Shown one piece after another: positions 19,187 to 30,845 of a stretch of DNA of 64,000 nt. The stretch covers positions 1,856,001 to 1,920,000 of the forward strand of contig OY729431.1 in assembly GCA_963422395.1 (NCBI GenBank), written 5' to 3'. The stretch comes from Vicinamibacteria bacterium. Lineage in GTDB: Bacteria > Acidobacteriota > Vicinamibacteria > Marinacidobacterales > Marinacidobacteraceae. Positions within the stretch are counted from its first letter, which is position 1. Every line of letters begins with the position of its first letter. A model generated the notes under the pieces. The model was not told the DNA's origin, did not search any database, and saw only the letters and a program-made list of their open reading frames with translations. The translations under genes were made by a program, and so were the position numbers.

Positions 19187-22100
19187 ATGACGAATCCGGG
19201 TCCGGGGCGCACCGCCTTCCTTGAAGCCCTGGAGCAGCGGATCGTGGTTTTCGACGGGGCGATGGGGACCCTGCTGCAGCAGGAGCGGCTCGACGAGGCG
19301 GGTTTCCGCGGCGCCCTGCTGCGCGATCACCCGAAGCCGCTCGCCGGCCTCCACGATGTGCTCTCGATCACCCGTCCCGAGCTCGTCGAGGGGGTCCACC
19401 ACCGCTACCTCGCGGCGGGGGCCGAAGCGCTGACCACGAACACCTTCAACGGCTCGGCCATCTCGCTCGCCGACTACGGGCTCGAAGACCGAGCCTTCGA
19501 GATCAACCGGAAGGGGGCGGAGACGGCCCGCCGCGCCGCGGACACGGTCCGCCGACGCGGACGGCAGTGCTTCGTCCTGGGGTCCATGGGACCCACGAAC
19601 CGAACCCTCAGCATCTCGCCCGATGTCTCCGATCCCGGGTTTCGGGCGGTGTCCTGGGAGGAGATGCACGCGGCCTACCGCGAGCAGGCCGCGGGGCTCC
19701 TCGCCGGAGGCGCGGACCTGCTCCTCGTCGAGACCTGCTTCGACACCCTGAACGCCAAGGCAGCGCTCGACGCCGCTCGGGAAGCCCTGGACGAAGCGGA
19801 CGGAGACCCGGGACTCCTGGTGTCCTTCACCGCGGTGGACATCGGGGGCCGGAACCTGACCGGCCAGGATGTCGAAGCCTTTTGGATTTCGGTGTCCCAC
19901 GCCGGAGCCGCTGCCGCCGGAATCAACTGCTCACTCGGCGCCGAAGCGATGCGGCCCTTCGTCGCAACGCTGGCGCGGGAGGCGCCGGTCCCGGTGGGGG
20001 CGGTTCCGAACGCCGGGCTTCCGAACGATCTGGGCGGCTACGACGAGACGCCGGAAGCCACCGCCGGGGCTCTCGGGACCCTCGCCCGCGGGGGCCTGGT
20101 GAACTTCGTCGGAGGCTGCTGCGGGACCACCCCCGAGCACATCGAGACCCTCGCCGCAGCGGTCGCGGGGGTCCCTCCCCGGCGGGCGCCTCGACGCCGG
20201 AAGCAGCTTCGGCTCGCCGGAACCGAGCCCCTGGTGCGTCCGGAGTCCGCCTTCCTGGTAGTGGGCGAACGCACGAATGTCACCGGCTCGCGGCGCTTCG
20301 CCCGGCACATCCGGGACGGCAGCTACGAAGCGGCGGTCGCAGTAGCCCTGGACCAGGTTCGGGGAGGCGCGAACCTCCTCGATGTGAACCTGGACGAGGG
20401 GCTCCTCGATTCCGCCGCCGCCATGAGCCGTTTCCTGCAGCTGCTCGCCATGGAGCCGGAAGCGTCGCGGCTCCCGGTGATGGTGGACAGCTCGCAGTTC
20501 GAGGTGATCGAAGCGGGGCTCCGCTGCCTGCCCGGAAAGGGGGTGGTGAACTCCTTGTCGCTCAAGGACGGGGAAGAATCGTTCCTCGCCGCCGCCCGGC
20601 GGATCCGGAGGTTCGGCGCCGCGGTGGTGGTCATGGCCTTCGACGAGGAGGGCCAAGCGGTTTCCGCCGACCGCAAGACGACGATCTGCGCCCGCGCCTA
20701 CCGCCTGCTGACCCGTCGCGCCGGATTCGCGCCCGAGGACCTCGTCTTCGACCCGAATGTGCTGGCGGTCGCCACCGGCATCGCCGAGCACGACCGCTAC
20801 GCCCGCGAGTTCCTCGACGCGATTCCCCGGATTCGAGAGGCGTGTCCGGGATCCCTGGTCTCGGGGGGAATCTCGAACCTCTCCTTCGCCTTCCGCGGCC
20901 ACGAACGGGTGCGGCAGGCGATGAACGCGGTGTTCTTGCACCACGCGATCGCGGCCGGCCTCGACCTGGGGATCGTGAACGCGGGCCGCCTTCCCGCCCT
21001 GGACTCGATCGGGGAACCGCTTCGCGAGCGGGTCGAGGATGTGGTCCTCGCGCGCCGACCGGACGCCGCGGAACGGCTCCTCGCCGTTGCCGGGGAGGCC
21101 CGCACTGCCGGGCGGGATCTGCCCGCGGACGCCGCCTGGCGGCGCGAGCCCGTTGCGAAACGGCTGGCCCACGCGGTCGTCCACGGCATTCTCGACCACA
21201 TCGAAGCCGACGCGGACGAGGCGAGACGGGAGCTGCCCTCGGCGCTCGCGGTCATCGAAGGACCGCTCATGGACGGGATGCGTGTCGTGGGCGACCGGTT
21301 CGGAGCCGGAAGGATGTTCCTGCCGCAGGTGGTCAAGAGCGCCCGGGTGATGAAGCGCGCGGTGACTCGCTTGGAGCCGCACCTGGAGGCAGCCGGCGAA
21401 ACCCGGGGACCCCGGCCCACCATCGTGCTCGCCACCGTCAAGGGAGATGTCCACGACATCGGCAAGAACATCGTGGGCATCGTGCTCGCATGTAACGGCT
21501 ATGAAGTGCAGGACCTCGGGGTCATGGTTCCCGCGGACCGGATCCTCGCCGCCGCCCGCACCGCGGAGGCCGCGCTGATCGGGCTCTCCGGCCTCATCAC
21601 CCCCTCCCTCGCCGAGATGGAACGCTTCGCTGCCGAAATGGAACGAGAGGGAGTGTCCCTGCCGCTGTTGATCGGAGGCGCCACCACCTCCCCCCGCCAT
21701 ACGGCGCTCCGCATCGCACCAGCGTGCTCCGGGCCGGTGGTCCAGGTCGCGGACGCTTCCCGCGCCTCGGGAGTGGCGCGCGCCCTCCTCGGCGAAGACC
21801 GCACCGCCTTCGTCGCCGAGAACCGCCGCGCCCAGGCCGTAGAGCGGAGCGGGGAACGGCGCCGGAGGCCCGCCCTCCTCGGCCTCGAGGCCGCGCGCCG
21901 GCGAGCGCCGGCCTTTTCCCGCGCGACCGACCTCGATCCGGCGTTCCTCGGACGCCGGGTGCTCTCCGAAACACCGCTTTCGGAGTTGATCCCGTATGTG
22001 GACTGGACCCCGTTCTTCCATGCCTGGCAGCTGCGAGGAACCTTTCCGGCGCTCCTCGACCATCCGGAATCGGGCGCCGAGGCGCGGGAGCTCCACGAAA

Positions 22101-22867
22101 ACGCAGTGCGGCGGCTCGGGGAACTCGCAGAGCACGCACACCTTCGGGCGGCCGCGGCGTACGGGTTCTTCCCTGCAGCGCGCGAAGGGGACGACATCCT
22201 CGTCTGGGATCCGGAATCCCGGAAGTCTCCAAAACCCCTGGACGGGCCGCCCCGGCTGCGGATTCCGACCCTGCGACAGCAGGAGGACCGACCGGGCCCG
22301 CGCCTCGCGGCTGCGGATTTCCTCGCCGCCGCCGAAGGCGGCCGGCCGCCGGCCGCCGGGCCGGATGTCCTGGGAATGTTCTGTGTCACTGCGGGGCGCG
22401 GCATCGAAGAGCTGGCGGCCGCCGCCGGGCGGGCCGGCGACGACTACGAGGGGCTGCTCTTGCGCTCCCTCGCCGACCGCCTCGCCGAGGCGGCCGCGGA
22501 GTGGCTCCACGCGAAAGCCCGGCACGACCTCGGCTACGGCAGGACCGAGACCCTCACTCCGGAGGCGATGGCCCGCGGGCGCTACCGCGGCATCCGGCCG
22601 GCGCCGGGGTACCCCGCCACCCCCGACCTCAGCCTCCTGCGGGAGATCTTCTCCCTGCTCGAAGCCGAGCCGGCCCTCGGGGTAGAGCTCACCGAGAGCT
22701 TCGCGATCCGCCCCGCCGCCTCGGTCGCCGGGCTCTATTTCGGCAGCCCCGACGCCTGTTACTTCACCATCGGCACCATCGGCCGCGACCAGCTCCGGGA
22801 CTACGCCGCCCGCCGCGGCATCCCTCCGGCAGAAGCCGAACGCCTCCTCCGCCGGCATCTCGCCTGA
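19187..22867 (+). CDS. metH: Cobalamin-dependent methionine synthase
   Basis: [41 protein letters not shown]. Confidence 0.97.
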   Translation: MTNPGPGRTAFLEALEQRIVVFDGAMGTLLQQERLDEAGFRGALLRDHPKPLAGLHDVLSITRPELVEGVHHRYLAAGAEALTTNTFNGSAISLADYGLEDRAFEINRKGAETARRAADTVRRRGRQCFVLGSMGPTNRTLSISPDVSDPGFRAVSWEEMHAAYREQAAGLLAGGADLLLVETCFDTLNAKAALDAAREALDEADGDPGLLVSFTAVDIGGRNLTGQDVEAFWISVSHAGAAAAGINCSLGAEAMRPFVATLAREAPVPVGAVPNAGLPNDLGGYDETPEATAGALGTLARGGLVNFVGGCCGTTPEHIETLAAAVAGVPPRRAPRRRKQLRLAGTEPLVRPESAFLVVGERTNVTGSRRFARHIRDGSYEAAVAVALDQVRGGANLLDVNLDEGLLDSAAAMSRFLQLLAMEPEASRLPVMVDSSQFEVIEAGLRCLPGKGVVNSLSLKDGEESFLAAARRIRRFGAAVVVMAFDEEGQAVSADRKTTICARAYRLLTRRAGFAPEDLVFDPNVLAVATGIAEHDRYAREFLDAIPRIREACPGSLVSGGISNLSFAFRGHERVRQAMNAVFLHHAIAAGLDLGIVNAGRLPALDSIGEPLRERVEDVVLARRPDAAERLLAVAGEARTAGRDLPADAAWRREPVAKRLAHAVVHGILDHIEADADEARRELPSALAVIEGPLMDGMRVVGDRFGAGRMFLPQVVKSARVMKRAVTRLEPHLEAAGETRGPRPTIVLATVKGDVHDIGKNIVGIVLACNGYEVQDLGVMVPADRILAAARTAEAALIGLSGLITPSLAEMERFAAEMEREGVSLPLLIGGATTSPRHTALRIAPACSGPVVQVADASRASGVARALLGEDRTAFVAENRRAQAVERSGERRRRPALLGLEAARRRAPAFSRATDLDPAFLGRRVLSETPLSELIPYVDWTPFFHAWQLRGTFPALLDHPESGAEARELHENAVRRLGELAEHAHLRAAAAYGFFPAAREGDDILVWDPESRKSPKPLDGPPRLRIPTLRQQEDRPGPRLAAADFLAAAEGGRPPAAGPDVLGMFCVTAGRGIEELAAAAGRAGDDYEGLLLRSLADRLAEAAAEWLHAKARHDLGYGRTETLTPEAMARGRYRGIRPAPGYPATPDLSLLREIFSLLEAEPALGVELTESFAIRPAASVAGLYFGSPDACYFTIGTIGRDQLRDYAARRGIPPAEAERLLRRHLA

Positions 22868-22912
22868 ACTTCGACCGAACCTCACCCGCCCAAGACCGGA
22901 GAGCGGGCAGGG

Positions 22913-23320
22913 TTACGCGGGCTCGGTCGGAATTTCCCGGGCGGTGCCGGGGATGCGGCGCTCTTCGACGGGAACCCCTCCGATCAGGTGGCGCTCGATG
23001 ACTTCTTCGAGCCCCTCGGGATCCATCCGGGAATACCAGACCCCGTCGGGCCAGACGACGGCCACCGGGCCGTCGGCGCAGATGCGCAAGCAGCCCGCTT
23101 TGGTGCGGGCGACCCGGCCTCCGGCGGGGCCGTTCGCGAGCCTGAGCTCCTCGAGGCGGCGTTTGAGATAGAGCCACGAGGCAGAACTGGCCGACGGGGC
23201 ACAGCACCGGGGCGTGGCCGCGTCGGCACAGAGGAAGATGTGCCGCTCGAGGCGGCGGATTCCGAGAGCCTCCGCCTTTTCCGCGGCTCCCGCGGCGGCG
23301 GGGGGGCCGTTCGGGGCCAA
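22913..23320 (-). CDS. Thioredoxin-like [2Fe-2S] ferredoxin
   Basis: HIFLC..CC..CLRIC..GP..VVWPDGVWY; TTG start at 23320. Confidence 0.85.
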   Translation of the reverse strand: MAPNGPPAAAGAAEKAEALGIRRLERHIFLCADAATPRCCAPSASSASWLYLKRRLEELRLANGPAGGRVARTKAGCLRICADGPVAVVWPDGVWYSRMDPEGLEEVIERHLIGGVPVEERRIPGTAREIPTEPA

Positions 23321-23327
23321 ATCTCTT

Positions 23328-23981
<654 letters not shown>

Positions 23982-24074
23982 GGAACCGGAGGAAGCGATG
24001 GCGGGGCAGTGTAGTCCGCAAGGGCCCGCACGCGGAAGTCCCCACCGCCGGTTTCCGCAGTTTCCTGGCCGGTT

Positions 24075-25151
24075 TCATTCCTCGGAAAGGAGCCGCAGCC
24101 CGGCGCGGCTGATTCCGGCGCCGCTGATCACCAGCCCGACGGACCGGAGGCCGGGCGCGAGGCGGGGAACCGCAGCCACCGGGAGCGCCGCCGAGCCTTC
24201 GATCAGCGCGAACCGCTCGCGGAGCACGAGCCGCATTCCGGCGGCGATCTCCGCTTCTTCGAGGAGCACCCAATCGTCCACCAGGAGGGAACAGAGCCCG
24301 AGGGTGATCGCCTGCTCTTCCACCCCGCCCGCCACCCCGTCGGCCAGCGTCGGTTCGAAGGGGGTCTCCCTCCCGGATTCCAGGATCCGGCCGGCGGCGA
24401 CCGAGGCGGCCATCACCGCCGAGGCCCGGGGCTGGCAACCCACCACTCGCAGCCCGGGCCGGGCGTGCCGCAGCCAGCCCGCCACCCCGGCGACGAGCCC
24501 GCCGCCGCCTACGGGCACGAGCACCGCGTCGAGCGGCTCGGCGCCGAGAGCCCGGTCCATCTCGAGGCCGACCGTTCCCTGCCCGGCGATGACTTCCAGG
24601 TCGTTGTAGGGAGAGAGGAACGGGCACCCGCGGGTCTCCGCTTCGGCCCGCGCCGCGCGCTCCGATTCGATGGCGTCCTCACCGACGAGACGGAGCTCGA
24701 CCACCGTGCCGTAGCGCTCTTCGAGCGCCCGACGCTTCGAGTCCGCGACCGTGCGCGGCAAGTACACCATCCCGCGGCCCCCGAGGAGCGAGAGCGCGTG
24801 CGCCGTCGCCCTCCCGTGGTTTCCCGAGGAAGCAGTGATCACGCCGCCTTCGAGGACCGACCGGCCCTCGGCTTCCGAGAGCGCGAGCAGCGCGTTCAGG
24901 GCTCCGCGCGCCTTGAAGGAGCCGGTGGTCTGGAAGCACTCCAGCTTCCAACGGACGACGCGCCCGGAAAACCCGCCGGCGAGCTCGAAGGGGGTCGAAG
25001 GAAGCCAGGGCCGCAGCCGCTCGGCGGCGGTGCGGATGCGGTCCGGCAGCTCACACAGGAGCTCCCGCAGAGGAGCGTTCTCGGGGGCTGCCGCTCGGGT
25101 AGCATTCCCGGTTTCCCCGATCCCGGATTCGCGAGAAGACACGGAAGACAC
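24075..25151 (-). CDS. PLP-dependent threonine/serine dehydratase family protein (start uncertain)
   Basis: TGSFKARG, ASSGNHG, GQGTVGLE, PVGGGGL. Confidence 0.88.
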   Translation of the reverse strand: MSSVSSRESGIGETGNATRAAAPENAPLRELLCELPDRIRTAAERLRPWLPSTPFELAGGFSGRVVRWKLECFQTTGSFKARGALNALLALSEAEGRSVLEGGVITASSGNHGRATAHALSLLGGRGMVYLPRTVADSKRRALEERYGTVVELRLVGEDAIESERAARAEAETRGCPFLSPYNDLEVIAGQGTVGLEMDRALGAEPLDAVLVPVGGGGLVAGVAGWLRHARPGLRVVGCQPRASAVMAASVAAGRILESGRETPFEPTLADGVAGGVEEQAITLGLCSLLVDDWVLLEEAEIAAGMRLVLRERFALIEGSAALPVAAVPRLAPGLRSVGLVISGAGISRAGLRLLSEE

Positions 25152-25168
25152 GAAGGAGCAAAAGTCTA

Positions 25169-26803
25169 ATGAGCCAGGGAATCCAGGCCGTTCCCCGCCC
25201 CGCCAACGAGCCGGTGCTCGAGTACCTGCCGAAGAGTCCGGAACGCGCCGCGCTCCAGGCGGAATTGGAACGGCAGTCCGCGGAAGTCGTCGATATCCCG
25301 ATCATCGTCGGCGGCCGGGAGATCCGTACCGGAAAGATCGCCGAGGTCCGCTGCCCGCACGACCACGGCAAGGTGCTCGCTCGCTACCACGAGGCGGGCC
25401 CCGAGATCGTGGAACAGGCGGTCTCCGCCGCTGCCGCCGCGTGGCACAGCTGGTCGGAGCTCGACACCCGAGCGCGCGCGAGCCTCTATCTGCGGATCGC
25501 CGATCTGCTCGTCGGCCCGCATCGGGCGCGGTTGAACGCGGCCACCATGCTCGGCCAGTCGAAGACCTGCCACCAGGCCGAGATCGATGCGGCGTGCGAG
25601 TTCGCGGACATGCTCCGCTTCAACGCCTATTTCCTCGACCAGCTCGTGCGGCAGCAGCCTGCCGGCGATGCGGACCCCGGCATCTGGAACTACTTCGAGT
25701 ACCGGGCGCTCGAAGGCTTCATCTTCGCGGTGAGCCCGTTCAACTTCACTGCTATCGGAGGCAACCTGCCGACCGCCCCCGCGATCATGGGGAACACCGT
25801 CGTCTGGAAACCCGCCGAAACGCAGATGCTCTCGGCGTACTACCTGATGCAGCTCTACCGTGAGGCCGGGCTTCCCGACGGCATCGTGAACATGGTCCCC
25901 GGGCACGGGCCGACCATCGGAGCGCCGGCGCTCGCCCAGGAGACGCTCGCCGGCGTCCACTTCACCGGGTCCACCGCGACCTTCCAGCACCTCTGGAAGA
26001 CGGTGGGCGAGAACATCGCGAACTACAGCTCCTATCCCCGGATCGTGGGCGAGACCGGCGGCAAGAACTTCGTGGTGGCGCACGAAAGCGCCGATCTCGA
26101 GGCGCTGGTGGCCGGGCTGATCCGCGGCGCCTACGAGTACCAGGGGCAGAAGTGCTCTGCGGCCTCCCGTGCCTATCTGCCGGAGAGTCTGAAAGACGAG
26201 TTCCTCGAACGGTTCCGCGCCGAGGCGGAGACGGTGACGGTGGGAGACCCCGCGGACTTCTCCAACTTCATGGGAGCGGTCATCGACGAACGCGCCTTCG
26301 AGAAGGTGTCGGGCTACCTCGACCTGGCGCGGACCGACTCCGCTTGCGAAGTCGTCTCCGGCGGAATCGCCGACCGGACGCGCGGCTGGTTCGTCGAGCC
26401 CACCCTGGTGGTGAGCGGCGACCCGCAGCACCGGCTGATGACCGAGGAGATCTTCGGGCCGGTACTCACCGTCTTCTTCTACCCCGACGGCCAGTACGCC
26501 GAGACTCTCGACCTCTGCCGGAACACTTCGCCCTACGGCCTCACCGGCGCCATCTTCGCGAACGACCGGCTCGCGGCCGAGCAGGCGTACCGCGCGCTCC
26601 GCCACGCCGCCGGCAACTTCTACATCAACGACAAGCCCACCGGCGCGGTGATCGGACAGCAGCCCTTCGGCGGCGGCCGCGCTTCCGGCACGAACGACAA
26701 GACCGGCGCCGGCTCACACCTCCTGCGCTGGACCAGCATCCGCACCGTGAAGGAGAACTTCGCGCCGGCGAAGGACTACCGCTACCCGTTCCTCTCCGCC
26801 TAG
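25169..26803 (+). CDS. pruA: L-glutamate gamma-semialdehyde (P5C) dehydrogenase
   Basis: PANEPVL.Y, SPFNFTAIG, GETGGKNF, YQGQKCSA, NDKPTGAV. Confidence 0.96.
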   Translation: MSQGIQAVPRPANEPVLEYLPKSPERAALQAELERQSAEVVDIPIIVGGREIRTGKIAEVRCPHDHGKVLARYHEAGPEIVEQAVSAAAAAWHSWSELDTRARASLYLRIADLLVGPHRARLNAATMLGQSKTCHQAEIDAACEFADMLRFNAYFLDQLVRQQPAGDADPGIWNYFEYRALEGFIFAVSPFNFTAIGGNLPTAPAIMGNTVVWKPAETQMLSAYYLMQLYREAGLPDGIVNMVPGHGPTIGAPALAQETLAGVHFTGSTATFQHLWKTVGENIANYSSYPRIVGETGGKNFVVAHESADLEALVAGLIRGAYEYQGQKCSAASRAYLPESLKDEFLERFRAEAETVTVGDPADFSNFMGAVIDERAFEKVSGYLDLARTDSACEVVSGGIADRTRGWFVEPTLVVSGDPQHRLMTEEIFGPVLTVFFYPDGQYAETLDLCRNTSPYGLTGAIFANDRLAAEQAYRALRHAAGNFYINDKPTGAVIGQQPFGGGRASGTNDKTGAGSHLLRWTSIRTVKENFAPAKDYRYPFLSA

Positions 26804-26812
26804 CAGCCTGTG
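26801..26812. repeat. Remnant left end of the TIR-element family, abutting an IS481 fragment
   Basis: TAGCAGCCTGTG begins at the pruA stop and matches the element left end. Confidence 0.5.
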
Positions 26813-27018
26813 TGGCGCGGTGTCCGGGCCGCCGGAAGCGCCCGAGTTTCTCGATGTCGAGGTGGAGGAGGCCTCCGGAATCTGGATAGACATAGCGGTT
26901 GGGGGGCGGGGGCGGTTCGAGCTGGGAGAGGCGGTGGACCCCGGCGCGCTGGGCGATGCGCCCCACGGTACTGGGGGAGATGCCGAGCTGCTGGCTGATG
27001 TCGTGGTAGGTGCGGTCA
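26813..27018 (-). pseudogene. IS481-family transposase internal fragment
   Basis: Translates as TYHDISQQLGISPSTVGRIAQRAGVHRLSQLEPP..NRYVYPDSGGLLHLDIEKLGRFRRPGHR, matching the IS481 HTH and first catalytic Asp region. Confidence 0.82.
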
Positions 27019-27185
27019 CATACCCCCTTTCACGAATTGGTGACTCAGAAACCGAACTGCTGCCGGGGCAGCGAGTTCGGATTCCCGGCGCGCAGCGCCG
27101 GGCGCTTCGGGAGCGGGGCGTCCTCCCTCCTCCCCCGAGAACGCCCGACGCCATCCTGACGCCCCGCTCCCCGGAGCGCTCGGTC
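27017..27185. repeat. Repeat family B, copy 1 (~170 bp non-coding)
   Basis: Colinear with 43532-43700 (ACCCCCTTTCACGAATTGGT...GTTCGGATTCCCGGCGCG...CCTCCTCCCCC...ACGCCCGACGCCATCC). Confidence 0.85.
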
Positions 27186-27207
27186 GATGGGCCTATCATC
27201 GACCCCC

Positions 27208-28686
27208 ATGTCCGAGACCGACTACCGGGTCCCGCCGCTATCGCTTCTCCTTCTACTGCTGCTCCTTTCTCTCGGACCTGCACCTCGGCATGCACTCGGG
27301 CTTGCCCCCCAGTCTGGAATTCAACTTGCCGCCGGCGGCACCGCAATCCTCTCGGAGCAATCCGCTGCCCCCCCTTCCGAGGCGCTCGCTCACGAGATCA
27401 CTGCGCTCGCCGAAGCGGCGCTCGAGAACCACCCCGCGCCGGGCCTGTCGATCGCCGTTGCGCAGGGCGGCGAGATCCGCTTCGCTGGCGGCTTCGGCTA
27501 CGCCGACCTCGAACACTCGGTTCCGGCGGCCGAAAACACGGTGTACCGGATCGGCTCGGTGACGAAGCAGTTCACTGCCGCCGCCGCGATGCTGCTCGTC
27601 GAGGAGGGAAGGCTGGACCTCGCCGCCGACCTGCGCGAGTACCTGCCGGAATACGACACCGGAGAGTTCGCGGTCTCGGTGGAACGGCTGCTGAACCACA
27701 CTTCGGGGATCAAGGGCTACACCGAAATCGAGGAGTTCTGGGAAACCTCCCGGCTCGACCTCGGACATGAGGCGATGATGGAGATGTTCGGCGCCGCGCC
27801 GTTCGAGTTCGAACCGGGAGACCGCTACCAATACAACAACTCTGGGTACTACCTCCTCGGAGTCATCGTCGAACGTCTCTCGGGCCACAGCTACGCGGAG
27901 TTCCTCGAAGAGCGGTTCTTCTCTCCGCTAGGCATCGAACGCACCCGCTATCTCGAAAACGACCCTATCGTTCCCGGGCGCGCCGCGGGATACGAGCTCC
28001 GGGAGGGGGGCGGGTTCGAGAACGACGCCCCGCTGAGCATGCGCGGGCCGTACGCCGCCGGCGCGCTCGGCGCGAGCGTCCTGGACCTGCTCGCCTGGCA
28101 GCAGGCGCTCGTCGGCGGCGAGGTGGTGAGCCCCGCCGGCTACCGGCGGATGAGCGCGCCGGGAACACTCGCGAACGGCGATCCGGTCCCCTACGGGTAC
28201 GGACTTTCGCTGGGCGAGGAGCACGGGCTCGCCAAGGTCTCCCACGGCGGCGGGATCAACGGGTTCCGCGCCCGGCTCTCCTGGTATCCGGAGGTCCGCC
28301 TCGGCATCGCGGTGCTCATGAACGCCGGCTCGGGGCGGCCAGGGCTGCTCGAGAACCGGATCGCACGCGCCACTCTCGGCATGGAACAGCCACAGGTGGT
28401 GGAGACCCCGGTTCCAGCAGAGGAACTCGAACGCTGCGCCGGAATCTTCGATCCGGGCCGTGCCCCGGTGACCGTCCGCTTCGAGAACGGAGCGCTCTTC
28501 GGCTTCGGCCAGCGGCTCGTCCCGGTGGGCGGCGGCCTCTTCCATCCCGAGGGGGATCCGTTCACCGCCATCCACTGCGAACCGGCGCCCGCAGGGACAC
28601 TGTCACCGTCCCTCGCGGTGACCACCGCCGGAGTCTCCGTGCGATACCCCCGGTCTCGGTCCGAGCGCTCCGGAAACGGGGCGTGA
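27208..28686 (+). CDS. Serine hydrolase, beta-lactamase/AmpC-like family, secreted
   Basis: GSVTKQF (SxxK), LLNHTSG, YNNSGY, HGG. Confidence 0.9.
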   Translation: MSETDYRVPPLSLLLLLLLLSLGPAPRHALGLAPQSGIQLAAGGTAILSEQSAAPPSEALAHEITALAEAALENHPAPGLSIAVAQGGEIRFAGGFGYADLEHSVPAAENTVYRIGSVTKQFTAAAAMLLVEEGRLDLAADLREYLPEYDTGEFAVSVERLLNHTSGIKGYTEIEEFWETSRLDLGHEAMMEMFGAAPFEFEPGDRYQYNNSGYYLLGVIVERLSGHSYAEFLEERFFSPLGIERTRYLENDPIVPGRAAGYELREGGGFENDAPLSMRGPYAAGALGASVLDLLAWQQALVGGEVVSPAGYRRMSAPGTLANGDPVPYGYGLSLGEEHGLAKVSHGGGINGFRARLSWYPEVRLGIAVLMNAGSGRPGLLENRIARATLGMEQPQVVETPVPAEELERCAGIFDPGRAPVTVRFENGALFGFGQRLVPVGGGLFHPEGDPFTAIHCEPAPAGTLSPSLAVTTAGVSVRYPRSRSERSGNGA

Positions 28687-28755
28687 TGTGATGCCGCGTC
28701 TCGCGCCTCGTGGGAAGAGCGGGGGCGCCCCGTTCCCGGCCCGCCGCCCAAAAGT

Positions 28756-29217
28756 ATGCAGAGCCTGCCGATGGCCGCGGTAACCATCGAAAAACGGATC
28801 GAGGCAGCCCCCGAGCGGGTGTTCGCCGTCGCCACCGACCTGGACGACCTGACGGAGACGATCTCCGGCATCGTTTCTGTCGAGGTGTTGACCGAGGGGC
28901 CGGTCGGTCATGGAACACGCTGGCGTGAGACCCGCGTTCTCCATGGACGGCGGGCGACAGAGGAGATGGGAATCACCGGTTTCGACCCGCCGCGTTCATT
29001 CGTCGTCGAGGCGGCTTCGCACGGCGCTGAATACCGAACGGAGTTCCGCTTCGAACCGGAGGGGGCGGGAACCCGCGTCACTCTCGTCTTCTCGGCCCGC
29101 CCGGTGCGTCTCCTCGCCCGGGTCCTCTCGGTTCTCAGCGCCGCCATGATGGGCAGCGTGCGGAAGGCCATCGAGCAGGACCTGGAAGATGTGAAACGCG
29201 CTGCGGAGGCCGTTTGA
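28756..29217 (+). CDS. SRPBCC (polyketide cyclase/dehydrase-like) family protein
   Basis: IEAAPERVF..ATD, GTRWRETR, C-terminal helix DLEDVKRAAE. Confidence 0.85.
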   Translation: MQSLPMAAVTIEKRIEAAPERVFAVATDLDDLTETISGIVSVEVLTEGPVGHGTRWRETRVLHGRRATEEMGITGFDPPRSFVVEAASHGAEYRTEFRFEPEGAGTRVTLVFSARPVRLLARVLSVLSAAMMGSVRKAIEQDLEDVKRAAEAV

Positions 29218-29353
29218 CCCCGTGCGATCCGGGTGCGGGGGAGGTCGTGTTCCGTCACGCGCCCTCGTGGGGCGAGCGGGACGCCCTGCGCTCGAACCGT
29301 CCGGCGCGCCGCGCCGCAGGAGCGGCAGCAATGGCGATTCGAGGGCGCTGATC

Positions 29354-29926
29354 GTGAACGGAGGCTCGGCGGTAGCAGGCTTACCGGGTAACGCCTCCTC
29401 GGGCCTGCCGCTCTGCACCGAGCGGCTCGTCCTGCGCCCGTTCCGGGAGTCGGATTGGCCGGAGGTCCAGGAGTACGCGGGAGATCCCCAGGTCACCCGA
29501 TACCTGCGCTGGGGGCCGAACGACGTCCGGAGGACCCGACAATTCCTGCGCCAAGCCATCGACGAGGCCCGCGCAGCGGAGATCTCTCGGCTCCAGCTCG
29601 CGGTCGTCGAGCAGAAGAGCGTCCGCGTGCGCGGAGGACTGAGCCTGGAACGACGCGCTCCCGGAGTCTTCGAGATCGGCTATTGCTTCGCGCGAGCGGT
29701 CTGGGGCCTCGGATACGCGACCGAGGCGGTGCCGGCCGCCCTCGATTTCGCCGCCGGAAGGCTGGCCGCCGCCGAGGTCTTCGGCCTCGTAGCCCCCGGC
29801 AACGAGGCTTCCGAGCGGGTCCTGCTCCGCTGCGGCTTCCGGCGCGTGCCCGACCCGGCGCCGTATGCTGCATGGAGGGACGGGCTCTGCGCCGCCGCGA
29901 GCGTCTATCGCCGGCAGCTCTCCTGA
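29354..29926 (+). CDS. GNAT (RimJ/RimL-type) N-acetyltransferase
   Basis: TERLVLRPF, EIGY..WGLGYATEA, N.ASERVL..CGF. Confidence 0.85.
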   Translation: MNGGSAVAGLPGNASSGLPLCTERLVLRPFRESDWPEVQEYAGDPQVTRYLRWGPNDVRRTRQFLRQAIDEARAAEISRLQLAVVEQKSVRVRGGLSLERRAPGVFEIGYCFARAVWGLGYATEAVPAALDFAAGRLAAAEVFGLVAPGNEASERVLLRCGFRRVPDPAPYAAWRDGLCAAASVYRRQLS

Positions 29927-30068
29927 CCGAAGACCCCCGCGCTACGATTTCCTCCGCTGCGGCTCGTCGCGCCGGCGGCCTTGCGCATGGCCGCCGTTCC
30001 GGGTTTTCCGACCCGGACGGCGCGGCCCGATGCGGTGCCTTCGGGAGTGCTGGCGCCGCTCGCTTCCG

Positions 30069-30842
30069 ATGCGGAAGCCGACTCGCCGCCATTCCCGCGC
30101 TTCCACCCCGCTTTCCCCTCGCGACCGCGTGCCCCGGCCCCAGGCGCTGCCCCTCCGGACGCCGGGCTATCCTCGCCGCGCCCCGAAGCGGCGCCGCCTG
30201 CTTCCCGGGGATACTCCCGCTGAACGCCTCTTCGAGAACGGCGCCCGCTCACTCACCAACGCCGAACTGCTCGCGCTCGTGCTCGGCTCGGGCACCGACG
30301 AAGTCGCCCGCCGGGTCCTCCGGGAAACCGGCAGCCTGGCGAGGCTCGCCCGGACGCCGCTCGGCCAGATCGCGCGGTTTCCGGGCTTGTCCCCAGTCCG
30401 AATGGGGCGGCTGGCCGCCGCGCTGGAGCTCGGCCGGCGCGGGGTCTTCCCCTCGGACGGCCGCGTCCCCTGTTTCCAGAATCCGGCAGAAGTCGCGCGC
30501 TATCTCCTCTCCCGGTACGGAAACCAGGAAGTCGAAGAATTCGGAGTGCTGCTGCTCGACGCGCGGGGATGCCTGCTGCGGGCCGAAATCATCTCCCGGG
30601 GTTCCCTCACCGGAGCTCCGGTCCATCCCCGCGATCTCTACCGGGTCGCAGTCACCCACCAGGCGGCCTCGGTGGTGCTGTTCCACAACCACCCTTCCGG
30701 AGACCCGAGGCCGTCGAAGGCCGACCAACACCTCACCCGGAGGCTCGTGGAAGCGGGAGAAGTGATGGGCATCCCGGTGCTCGACCATCTGGTGATCGGC
30801 GCGGGCCGATGGCACAGCTTCGGCGAAAACGGACAGCTCTGA
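30069..30842 (+). CDS. radC: RadC/JAB-domain protein (start uncertain)
   Basis: ERL...G..SL.NAELLAL, EEFGVLLLD, VHPR, HNHPSGDP.PS.AD, LDHLVIG. Confidence 0.9.
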   Translation: MRKPTRRHSRASTPLSPRDRVPRPQALPLRTPGYPRRAPKRRRLLPGDTPAERLFENGARSLTNAELLALVLGSGTDEVARRVLRETGSLARLARTPLGQIARFPGLSPVRMGRLAAALELGRRGVFPSDGRVPCFQNPAEVARYLLSRYGNQEVEEFGVLLLDARGCLLRAEIISRGSLTGAPVHPRDLYRVAVTHQAASVVLFHNHPSGDPRPSKADQHLTRRLVEAGEVMGIPVLDHLVIGAGRWHSFGENGQL

Positions 30843-30845
30843 AGC

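Noticed and set aside
30069-30842. radC as a marker of a prophage or ICE
   Set aside because: It has the N-terminal domain of chromosomal RadC, and no integrase, phage or conjugation genes are nearby.
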